Below are positions 24,642-33,053 of a stretch of DNA of 39,926 nt, piece by piece. The DNA lies in the IMG/VR virus record IMGVR_UViG_3300049917_000278, positions 1 to 39,926 of that record. The stretch is one strand, 5' to 3'. The notes below the pieces were generated by a model. It was given only the letters and a program-made list of their open reading frames with translations, did not search any database and was not told where the DNA came from. The position numbers and the translations under genes are program-made. This DNA comes from a virus (lineage: Duplodnaviria > Caudoviricetes). How positions within the stretch are numbered: position 1 is the first letter of the stretch; every line of letters begins with the position of its first letter.

Positions 24642-26102
24642 TTAGAGTTGGCCAGCATCCTGGAAAAGTAGCAATTCAGTTTTTAATGCACCGAACCCAT
24701 TCACAAAATCCTGCAGAGGAACCACTCCCCCATCAATCAAACTACTGAAAAGGACTTTGCTCACATTTGTTCCATTCAATCTGATTTTGAAATCATCTTC
24801 TGTCATCGACAGATATCCAGCAATTTGTGCCGCATTCAGTGGTTTTCTCAATGGCTGAATAATATTTGATACGAGAGGATCCTCTTTTAGTGTGCTGACA
24901 CCAATTTCTTTTAGAGCCCTGGTGTGATTCTGATTAGCAATTGACCTCAAAGCATTGAACCGCTCTTTCTTATAAAAAACCTCAGCCAATTTCTTTTCGG
25001 AAGGACTTGCATTTCCATCCAATTGAACATTGTTGAAAACCTCGTCATTGAAAGCCATCGCCGCTTCCTGGTGATGACAATTTGAGCATGCTCCAAGGGT
25101 AATATCAGCGGGCAAACCCTCACCGGCCTGATCTACGTCAATAACTACCTGTGCTGGCGCGATCACTTCTGCACTACCACCGGCATTGCTCAACCTGTAT
25201 CCAGTGAGAAGTCCGTTAGGCATGCTGAAAATCCATTCCCGCGCGACAAACTTGAATTGGCGGTTGGTAGCGAATCCGGGAATAGCCGCCATCTCTGCCG
25301 TGAAGGGATTCAGCTTGATCGAATCATTGCGCGCCAGTGACACATCGGCTGTAAACATCAAAAAGCCGTCTCTGGTCGTATCCATGATGCAGATGAGTCT
25401 TGGCTTGCCGAGAGCGATTTGGGAACGTCCTCCCCCAGCGCACGCGGGTTCCTGATTATTGAATTCGTTTTGCAAGTTGATACCAAGCCCTGCGATAAAC
25501 TCAGCATCGTTCAGCGGTTGCTCAGTCAAATTGTAATAAAGCTGGTTTCCAATCGACACTTGATCGGCTTGCATCACGGTGAGGAAAAAGGACGATGCAT
25601 AAACCATGGGCTGATTGGTATTCGTGAGCGCGCGCAAAGTCCGTCCCCGAACTGTTTCGGAAATAAACGGGAGAACGTTCGCACGTTCGAAGTTTTGCCA
25701 CTCCTCTCGGGTCATCCCGATGGCGCTGAGAGAGATACGCCAAATACATCCTGGGTCATCAATCGTATCGACTTGAGTGATCAGCCGCTGGGTGCTGATC
25801 ATATTGATTCCCTTGTTCACGCCAGCCTTTTGATCAGACAGGTCACTGATTCCTTGATTGAGAAAGTTGCATCCGATCAGATAGCGGGTGTCTGGTCTCT
25901 CCGATGCATTGAGCGTCTTGATATCCCGGTCGGTGTATTGCTCTTGTTCGTCAAAGCGCAAGAATCCAGGAACACCTGGCTCAACTGGGGGAGGCTCTTC
26001 GATAGGCAATTGGGGAATGGGAACCTCAACCGTCTTTTGCTGAACAGCTGGTTGAGCACAGGATATAAGACAAAACAGCATGAGCACATGCAAGCTTTTC
26101 AT
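24642..26102 (-). CDS. Large lipoprotein with CxxCH heme-c motif
   Basis: Likely start MKSLHVLMLFCLISC (lipobox); Pro-rich tether; E.IF.MPNGL..Y.L and GACSNCH motifs. Confidence 0.72.
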   Translation of the reverse strand: MKSLHVLMLFCLISCAQPAVQQKTVEVPIPQLPIEEPPPVEPGVPGFLRFDEQEQYTDRDIKTLNASERPDTRYLIGCNFLNQGISDLSDQKAGVNKGINMISTQRLITQVDTIDDPGCIWRISLSAIGMTREEWQNFERANVLPFISETVRGRTLRALTNTNQPMVYASSFFLTVMQADQVSIGNQLYYNLTEQPLNDAEFIAGLGINLQNEFNNQEPACAGGGRSQIALGKPRLICIMDTTRDGFLMFTADVSLARNDSIKLNPFTAEMAAIPGFATNRQFKFVAREWIFSMPNGLLTGYRLSNAGGSAEVIAPAQVVIDVDQAGEGLPADITLGACSNCHHQEAAMAFNDEVFNNVQLDGNASPSEKKLAEVFYKKERFNALRSIANQNHTRALKEIGVSTLKEDPLVSNIIQPLRKPLNAAQIAGYLSMTEDDFKIRLNGTNVSKVLFSSLIDGGVVPLQDFVNGFGALKTELLLFQDAGQL

Positions 26103-26181
26103 ATTTTTGTCCATGACAAAGTAAAGGGAGTTGTTCAAGTATGAGGCATTAGGGAGGGAAATTCAAGAGTGTTCGCTCAAC

Positions 26182-26210
26182 AAAGGAAAAGCCCGGACGA
26201 ATCCAGGCTT
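26182..26210 (-). terminator. Terminator ending the tail operon
   Basis: AAGCCTGGA-TTCG-TCCGGGCTT followed by TTCCTTTG. Confidence 0.7.
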
Positions 26211-26251
26211 CCTTACTATCTAACCGCAAAATGCATTGGGGAAAAATCTAT

Positions 26252-26851
26252 TCAGCTATAGCTCTTTCCGCAAGTGTAAGTTGAGATATCGACCTGGCCG
26301 TCACCAATCTCAAATTTGATCTTGATTAACGCCGCTTTGCTTGTGGTGTTGAGGAACATAGCACCGGTTGTGGTGATCGCCTGAGTGACCGCTGGCACCA
26401 TATCGAGGTAGGTAGCGCTTGCATCATTGGATTCCTGAAGCTTCACAAGGCAGGACGTTAGTCCCGCTGGTGTCATCGTACTGGTTCCAGATCCGATGGC
26501 AGTCAGATCAATTGCAGTTCCAGCATTGGCATCCACCAGAGAAGCAGCAAATTTCAAAGTGTCAGCATCGACTGCAATCATCCAATAGTTTGTAGCGGTC
26601 AATCCAGTGGGAAGACCTGCACCGGTCAATGCGATCTTTCTGCCAGTCGCAAATCCATGGGCAGTGGAAGTCACTTGATTGCTCACAATGTCCACACCCG
26701 CCGCCACGAAGGTCTTGGCTGTCACAGGTGCGACTGTGTAAACAGCGTGAATGGACAGCGTTTCAAGTCCACCGTTGTCCACAACATATTCCGTGTTGGC
26801 TGTTTTTGATCCTGAAATTCTTGCGCCTGATTCTGATATACGAAGTGACAT
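26252..26851 (-). CDS. Virion/tail-fibre-associated protein
   Basis: AHGF.TG..I.....LP.GL....YW.I.VD.DT.K.A domain common in phage fibre/structural proteins. Confidence 0.6.
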   Translation of the reverse strand: MSLRISESGARISGSKTANTEYVVDNGGLETLSIHAVYTVAPVTAKTFVAAGVDIVSNQVTSTAHGFATGRKIALTGAGLPTGLTATNYWMIAVDADTLKFAASLVDANAGTAIDLTAIGSGTSTMTPAGLTSCLVKLQESNDASATYLDMVPAVTQAITTTGAMFLNTTSKAALIKIKFEIGDGQVDISTYTCGKSYS

Positions 26852-26875
26852 TTATTTATTCCTTTCAAATTATTT

Positions 26876-29743
26876 TTATGCCCAGCTTGGTTTGGATTCG
26901 AGTTCGACGTCGCCGGATATTTGATAACCAGTTATCGTTGTAGTACTCGCGTGCGCAACCCCTATTGTATTTGTGTTGGGTATGGCGTAAACCTGCAGCC
27001 CTGGCGAAAAGTTCCCAGCTGTCATACCGCTACATGCCTGCAAATAATTCGATATATTCTTAAATAGGACGCCGGTAATAGTGAAAGTGGTTCCACCTAG
27101 CGTTGCCGAAGTATTAGTGGACGATATATTGAATTTAAGACGATGATTTCCGTCCTGGTCCTGGTAATAAATACCGACAGCCCTGACTGTGGCATAACCC
27201 GCCGGTGTTCCAGTCACCGTCAGCGCTGTCTGACCTTTCCTAGGTGCAACATTCCCTGGTTGAGTTGAATCCGCTCTGGATTGCCCAACCGGCGCGGAGG
27301 GGTTGGCTTTGCGAACTCGCCATTTCCATGTACTTAATCCAGACCATGCACTCCCTGCATTGGCGAATGTAGCGTTTGAAGGCTCATATCCGCCTGATCG
27401 AAATTGAACACTGACATCAGTGGAACCGACTACGGGAAGTATTAAAATACCGTAACTGTTAGCGCCTTGTGTGATGAAATTACCCAAACGCGCATCCGCA
27501 TCTACCCAACTACCATTGGATTGATCGACTTGGACTTTAAGATCATCGCCTTGCTGATAAGCATTTTGCATGCGAACAGTGCGCGAATAAGTGGTTCCGG
27601 TCGCGCCGTTTGGGATCAATGAACCAGCTGAACCACTCGCAAAACTTGTTGTGTCTGTTGCTGTGTTTGTTGCATTTGAGTTTGATGCATATTCAACATT
27701 CGCACCAGGCCCGAAGTTTGAGCCGGAGCCGGACCATTGGGAAATAGGAACCCTGACAGTGCATGAAAAGCTTTGAGCAGCGGAGGTGACTGGACTGGAA
27801 GCACTAGACCATGTTGAAAGGGCAGTTGTGTCATTGAAATAATTTACAAACAATTTGTCGGTGTATGCACCGGTATTTATTGCATGAACAGAAGCTGTGT
27901 AATTAGTCGCTCCACTGGTGAAAATACCTTTTCCCACTTCCCCGGAAACAAATCCAGTCGGTGTGGTAACTGCAACTCTGCTATAATCAATATTTAAACC
28001 AGTTGGAATAGGTAGTAAATAATCACCGCTTCCAGCACCAGAACCAGCACTTGGTTGCTTGAATTCATAACGAATTATAGCCCATTCACCATCCTTTGTC
28101 GTGTTCCTGTAATATGTTGTACTTGCTTGAACTGTAGGAGGAGTTGTTGTTCCACCTAAAGCCCAGGCAGAAGTTGATTCCCATGGTCCAACAAAAGCAC
28201 CCGGCACCGCAACTCTCGTCGTACTATTCACCATCGTATCAAGCTTCAAATTCCACGCACTAGCGTTCGTTGTCGCAATGTGAAGGATGAAGCGATAGCT
28301 GGTTCCGGTCGTCAAACCAAAGTCACTGAAAAACTTTCCGTAGTTGTCCAGCTTCGGAATGCTGACAGCGCGCGGTGTAATCAAAACCGAGTTGGTCACG
28401 TCATAAATATAAAATACTGCATCACCGGCCACGTAGTTTGTATCGGTGTCCATATCGAATGAAACGCCGGAAGTGAATCCCTTATCGACTTCGGCAATAA
28501 CGAATGGAAACGATACTCCCATCCCTTGGCGGTTGGCTGCATCTTTGGCAAGTATTGCGCTGGTCGTCCCCCGGATCGGAGTTGTGGTCGATGCAAGGAA
28601 AGTCACGCCGGTCACCACACCGCCGGTTCCGTCTACCGGGATGGCGACCGCGCCATCATTATAAAGTGTGGCCTGAGCGGGCTGAGCTCCGTTGGCAGTA
28701 TTCTCAAATCCAGGATCGCTGAAATAGTTTACAACGGTCGGATCACTCGACCCGCCAGATCCAGATCCACCGACCACACGCCAGCGGGATGCATCCCCAT
28801 CGTAGGACAAAAGGAGACTTGCATCATTGGCCAGTGACAAGTCCACACCAGTTCCGGTGATAATACGGTTGGCCGCCGTTGCAGTCGCTTCCTGGTTCCT
28901 AATTGTGATAGTCGCACCGGTTCCATTGATCAGAACGATATATTTTTGGATTGCGGGAATTATCCCGCGCACTGAAGTCAGGGAAGCATTGCTGACTTTT
29001 ATGATCTGATCTTTTGCCGGTGTCACGTCTGCATTGGCACCAGTTGCGGATGTATTATTCTCAGTGCTGAATAGAACTTTGTTATTCTGCCAGTCCGTAC
29101 CATCATAAAAGCGGACGACAAGAGTTGTGGTGTTCCAGTATTCATCACCCGCGACAAGTCCCGCGTGCGCTGTCGCATATGCAGCGTCATCAGCAAAAGG
29201 CTCAAGGCTGGAAGTAAGGGATTTACTCATCAGCTTCCAGCGGGTGTTGACCGTATCGTAAACAAGGCCAACAATTTGATTCGTCTTGATGACAAAATCC
29301 AGGCCATTGCCGGTGAGGATTCGGTTTGCTGCAGTTCCACCCGTATTGTTCTTAAGTGTTATCGCCTGGCTTGACTGATTATTCTGCAGATAAAGGAACT
29401 TCTGCAGCGTGGGCACGATGTTATTGATCGATACAAGGGTATCGCTGGTGAAGGAAATCACCTGAGCCACTGCCGGGGTTATCGCCTGATCCGATCCGGT
29501 GCTGGTCGAATCCGTTGCAGTGACCAGCGTGGTCTTATCGTATTGCCATGCCGTTCCATTATATTCCCGAAGGCATTTCTCGGTTGTGTTCCAGTAAATG
29601 CTCCCGGCTATGGGAGTATGGTCAGCTTCGAATGCTGCATCATCAGCATAAGCCTCAATTCCATTGGCGCTGAAGTTCGTCGCATCGGGATTGGTGACGT
29701 TCGCGCCGTCGATATTACTTAGATTCCGCGTGCTAGTTGACAT
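26876..29743 (-). CDS. Tail fibre/receptor-binding protein
   Basis: About 955 aa, Thr/Ser/Gly/Ala-rich, at the end of the tail module; start MSTST with a GGAAGG RBS. Confidence 0.75.
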   Translation of the reverse strand: MSTSTRNLSNIDGANVTNPDATNFSANGIEAYADDAAFEADHTPIAGSIYWNTTEKCLREYNGTAWQYDKTTLVTATDSTSTGSDQAITPAVAQVISFTSDTLVSINNIVPTLQKFLYLQNNQSSQAITLKNNTGGTAANRILTGNGLDFVIKTNQIVGLVYDTVNTRWKLMSKSLTSSLEPFADDAAYATAHAGLVAGDEYWNTTTLVVRFYDGTDWQNNKVLFSTENNTSATGANADVTPAKDQIIKVSNASLTSVRGIIPAIQKYIVLINGTGATITIRNQEATATAANRIITGTGVDLSLANDASLLLSYDGDASRWRVVGGSGSGGSSDPTVVNYFSDPGFENTANGAQPAQATLYNDGAVAIPVDGTGGVVTGVTFLASTTTPIRGTTSAILAKDAANRQGMGVSFPFVIAEVDKGFTSGVSFDMDTDTNYVAGDAVFYIYDVTNSVLITPRAVSIPKLDNYGKFFSDFGLTTGTSYRFILHIATTNASAWNLKLDTMVNSTTRVAVPGAFVGPWESTSAWALGGTTTPPTVQASTTYYRNTTKDGEWAIIRYEFKQPSAGSGAGSGDYLLPIPTGLNIDYSRVAVTTPTGFVSGEVGKGIFTSGATNYTASVHAINTGAYTDKLFVNYFNDTTALSTWSSASSPVTSAAQSFSCTVRVPISQWSGSGSNFGPGANVEYASNSNATNTATDTTSFASGSAGSLIPNGATGTTYSRTVRMQNAYQQGDDLKVQVDQSNGSWVDADARLGNFITQGANSYGILILPVVGSTDVSVQFRSGGYEPSNATFANAGSAWSGLSTWKWRVRKANPSAPVGQSRADSTQPGNVAPRKGQTALTVTGTPAGYATVRAVGIYYQDQDGNHRLKFNISSTNTSATLGGTTFTITGVLFKNISNYLQACSGMTAGNFSPGLQVYAIPNTNTIGVAHASTTTITGYQISGDVELESKPSWA
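28770..29655 (-). repeat. Internal tandem duplication (~151 aa x 2) in the tail fibre
   Basis: ADDAA..YWNTT..Y.GT.WQ...TPA..Q.I...L.S...I.P..QK...TAANRI.TG.G.D...YD....RW occurs twice. Confidence 0.85.
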
Positions 29744-31658
29744 AGAGATACCTTCCCTGGATTGATCGGCCAATCGGCAATATGTCGATATTGGTTATTA
29801 GGATCGGGTTCTTGAATTGTGGGTGATCTATCTCAATAACGTCAGCCAATTCAAGGGTGACATCATCATCCAGGAGCCCGAACTTGACGACCGTTGTAGG
29901 ACTGCCATATACCTCTGTGATCTCTTCGAAGCGGGTGCTCGGCAATGTGCTAAGGACATGACTAATTTCCTGCGTCCTCTCGGAACCGAAGAGTGTTGCC
30001 CGCGATGCCGTGAGATTCGAATATAGAGCATATTTGTCCACGTCATTTCTGAGATAAGACGGCCTGAAAATCACGTTCTTGGCCTGGTCACGGTATTCAT
30101 TAGTCCATGATAGGCCAGCTATCTGACTTTCATCGATTGTCTGCGATGGGAGTTCGGTTGGATCGATCTTCACAAGGTAAGGAACGTCATTATCCGCGGG
30201 GAAAACCAGCGTAGTCATCAAGCTGCGATTGATTTCAGAGATGAATTGGCCAAGTGTTGGAACATTGCTTCCAAAACCGCATTGCATAACCGCTTCATAG
30301 GGTAAGTCAGCTGCCAGCGTGGTGAAAGACCCGGTATCTACAGTAAAACCATGTGATTCTAATGCAAATTGCATGACTTCTACTGCAGTTATACTGCCTC
30401 CAATACTGGTGAGCACCACGTAAAGGTCATTGGAATTCAGATCGATGCCAGTAGTCGTGACGGTAAGCCATCGATGACCACCGGGTGTCAGGGTTGAACT
30501 TAGAACCGCTGGACTGGTCCAGTTGTAGTTTGGTATCGCACTGCAAAAGAAGTGCTGGTCTTCATTGGCGCTGGTGAGCGTGTCGTAATTATTCGGATCC
30601 GGATCATCGACACCGAGAAAGAATAAGCACTGGGATGGCGAATCGGTTTTATCGAACACCCGCGCGCAATTGATCTGGCCAGGTGCCACACGTTCCAGGA
30701 TGCAAAGCTCGCCTTCAATCATATTGGTTGTCAGCGTTGCATTGCTTGCCTCCTCATACCTTGAAAAAACGTGAGCCTGACTTGTTAGAGCCAGTGCGGT
30801 GATGGGTGTCGATGATACTGTCTGATAAGCGGGCATTCTTCCGATAATACCGCCGTTGGAACCAGTCGGGATGACCCTAAGAACAGTCGATGCGACCTGC
30901 AAATTCTTTTGCGTGCGCTTGGTCGATGGGGGAATAAGGAAGAATGCCGATGGGGTTCCCAGGTCTATTTCTTCTGATGAGTTCTGGTCATAGGGAGTTT
31001 CGTCACCGAATACCATCGGTATTGCAACACCTTCAAACCGATCCGGAATGTTCGCGCCATTGTAGAATGAAGTATTCGAAGTTCGGTCAACACGGTTTAG
31101 ATAAGCAGGATCACCCCAGTTGCATTCGGAATCGAGAACCGTGATTCTCTTTTGCACGTTTATAGTCATCACATAGTTTGAAATTGATGACCGTGTAGAG
31201 ATTCCCTTGAATGCTATGACATCATCCCGATAAATCCTCACCGTCCGATTGGAGAAAATAGTCACCTGTTGAATCAATCCAAGCCAGTCATCATCGATTT
31301 GAATTGAAACATTGCCTACAGAGATTTCTGTCAATCCGGTTTCAAAGGATTTGATTGAAGTCGCATAGGAAATGAAATTCGATAATCTATTTTCCCAATA
31401 GACCGGATCAGATCCAAGATCGGTCGGGTCTTTTGGCAAGTACTGCGATGGCAGATCATAGAGAAGGTAAAGGGTGTATTCCACCAGGACAGTTCCGCTC
31501 ACATAGGAAGGAATGTCGACCACTCCCTCTGCCCAGGTGAATGCAGTCGAAACACCGTCCACATACACAGTTTCCACTTCCCAGAACCAGTTAGCCTGTG
31601 TCCCGGTGATGATGTTTGTAATGTCAGATAGCGGTGTCACCGTCACTTTTTGAGCCAT
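29733..31658 (-). CDS. Tail tip/hub protein
   Basis: 641 aa; G..IP.VFG motif and C-terminal LEL.DVI.I; synteny. Confidence 0.65.
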   Translation of the reverse strand: MAQKVTVTPLSDITNIITGTQANWFWEVETVYVDGVSTAFTWAEGVVDIPSYVSGTVLVEYTLYLLYDLPSQYLPKDPTDLGSDPVYWENRLSNFISYATSIKSFETGLTEISVGNVSIQIDDDWLGLIQQVTIFSNRTVRIYRDDVIAFKGISTRSSISNYVMTINVQKRITVLDSECNWGDPAYLNRVDRTSNTSFYNGANIPDRFEGVAIPMVFGDETPYDQNSSEEIDLGTPSAFFLIPPSTKRTQKNLQVASTVLRVIPTGSNGGIIGRMPAYQTVSSTPITALALTSQAHVFSRYEEASNATLTTNMIEGELCILERVAPGQINCARVFDKTDSPSQCLFFLGVDDPDPNNYDTLTSANEDQHFFCSAIPNYNWTSPAVLSSTLTPGGHRWLTVTTTGIDLNSNDLYVVLTSIGGSITAVEVMQFALESHGFTVDTGSFTTLAADLPYEAVMQCGFGSNVPTLGQFISEINRSLMTTLVFPADNDVPYLVKIDPTELPSQTIDESQIAGLSWTNEYRDQAKNVIFRPSYLRNDVDKYALYSNLTASRATLFGSERTQEISHVLSTLPSTRFEEITEVYGSPTTVVKFGLLDDDVTLELADVIEIDHPQFKNPILITNIDILPIGRSIQGRYLYVN

Positions 31659-32128
31659 TAGATAGCTCCATAAAGTTCAAGTGCGACCGGTGATGAGTTG
31701 ACCGAACCAGGAGTTGCATTGAATCCCATCGTTACAGGCCAATCCAATACGACTGCGATGAAAAGAGAATCATCAGCCGCGTAAACGTAGTTTTCCAATT
31801 CGAGCTCAAAGCGTGTCGGTGTCGCCGAGTTGAGGTTGAACCTTGGACTAAAGGTGAATGCAATCCAGCCATAAAAGTTATCAGTCGCAGGATAAGCTGT
31901 TTCAATTTGACTGCAGACAACATCCTCGCTCACTCCCTGCAAAACGTCTGATACGTAGGCATTGACGCGCATCCTCACGTTCGGCTGGACACCGCGTTTG
32001 AATATTTGCACGCGATAAACCTGCAATTGCTGGTCTGTGTCAGGGTCAACCGTTCCAAGATCAATCGTATAGGGTGATCCGGTCGATAGGATTGCGGCAA
32101 TGCTTTCCGGGTATTGCTGAAATGCCAT
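31658..32128 (-). CDS. Minor tail protein
   Basis: Likely start MAFQQ with TAATG coupling; within the tail module. Confidence 0.6.
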   Translation of the reverse strand: MAFQQYPESIAAILSTGSPYTIDLGTVDPDTDQQLQVYRVQIFKRGVQPNVRMRVNAYVSDVLQGVSEDVVCSQIETAYPATDNFYGWIAFTFSPRFNLNSATPTRFELELENYVYAADDSLFIAVVLDWPVTMGFNATPGSVNSSPVALELYGAI

Positions 32129-32247
32129 TAGAAACACACCTCATTAAGTATTTTTTCCATGACCTTCCACGCGCAATAGCCCATAAGGGAAGCAATTCCC
32201 AAGGCGATCAGATCAAGCATCAATGCCGGGATATTGTAGCGGATCAC
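32128..32247 (-). CDS. 39-aa membrane peptide inside the tail operon (not in ORF track)
   Basis: MIRYNIPALMLDLIALGIASLMGYCAWKVMEKILNEVCF; GGGAGGT RBS; GTGA and TAATG overlaps. Confidence 0.6.
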   Translation of the reverse strand: MIRYNIPALMLDLIALGIASLMGYCAWKVMEKILNEVCF

Positions 32248-33053
32248 ACCACCTCCCGTAGAGCAAATGAGACGTTGAACTTATTGAGATAGGCCTGAGT
32301 GAATTTTGGAAGGTCCTCGAAATAACAGAGGAGCGTGCCGAAATCATATTGGAACGATATTTCCAATGGATCCAGGACAAATATGAATGGATTGGAGAGG
32401 CCTATCGTCTCACACGAAGAAATGAGTTTACGGCGATCACTAGTGTCCAGAAAGCTAAACCCCATAGCACTAAATATGCTGTATTTATTTTTTCGAACAG
32501 AATAGATAACTCCCGAATCACTGCTAGCCCTTCTTGTTAAATCTTGCATGTCATAGCTGAATTGCTGCTTTGCATTGAACTGGAAATCAATATGATCGCC
32601 AAGGAACAAGGCAGATATTTCAAGGTCATTGGGGTTCGTCGAATCCTCGATGATTATCTGCCAGAATCGATATTGCTGTCCTGTGGGATTATCATCATCA
32701 GTCAGGTCGGCAAAAGCCCCCTGGTCAATGACTGGAACCGTGGCAGTGAAAGGCTCCCCACCGGTGAACAGGTTTATCATGTTGGCTTTGACGGTTATCA
32801 CCGCCTCATTGCTGAAAGTGAAAAGCTTATCAGCCTCTCCCAGTATGGCGATGAAAGAGCATTGTTTATTTGCTCCCATATCTATCTGAATTGTGAAGCT
32901 TTTGCTTCCAGGCTTCCACACGCGGCCTCTGGATTTGAAGTTCAAGGCGTTGCTGAATGGGAAACCAACTGCAGCTGGCGCCGTGACCGTGGCATCATCC
33001 AGCTGGTTGTTGTCGCATATGCGTGCGTTGCGTCTGAGCCTGATGTTTGACAT
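32244..33053 (-). CDS. Distal tail (Dit-like) protein
   Basis: 269 aa directly after the tape measure gene; YRFW.I.I.D..N...LEI..LFLG motif; ends in F.LREVV. Confidence 0.65.
   Translation of the reverse strand: MSNIRLRRNARICDNNQLDDATVTAPAAVGFPFSNALNFKSRGRVWKPGSKSFTIQIDMGANKQCSFIAILGEADKLFTFSNEAVITVKANMINLFTGGEPFTATVPVIDQGAFADLTDDDNPTGQQYRFWQIIIEDSTNPNDLEISALFLGDHIDFQFNAKQQFSYDMQDLTRRASSDSGVIYSVRKNKYSIFSAMGFSFLDTSDRRKLISSCETIGLSNPFIFVLDPLEISFQYDFGTLLCYFEDLPKFTQAYLNKFNVSFALREVV

Noticed and set aside
21649-26102. Cytochrome/YceI block as flanking host DNA at a prophage boundary
   Set aside because: The genes are interleaved with phage lysis genes, overlap the VRR-NUC gene and lie inside a circularly closed unit. 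Read-level confirmation is still desirable.
25419-26144. 241-aa + strand ORF (likewise 22009-22581 and 5953-6534)
   Set aside because: Antisense to well-supported genes; no independent evidence.
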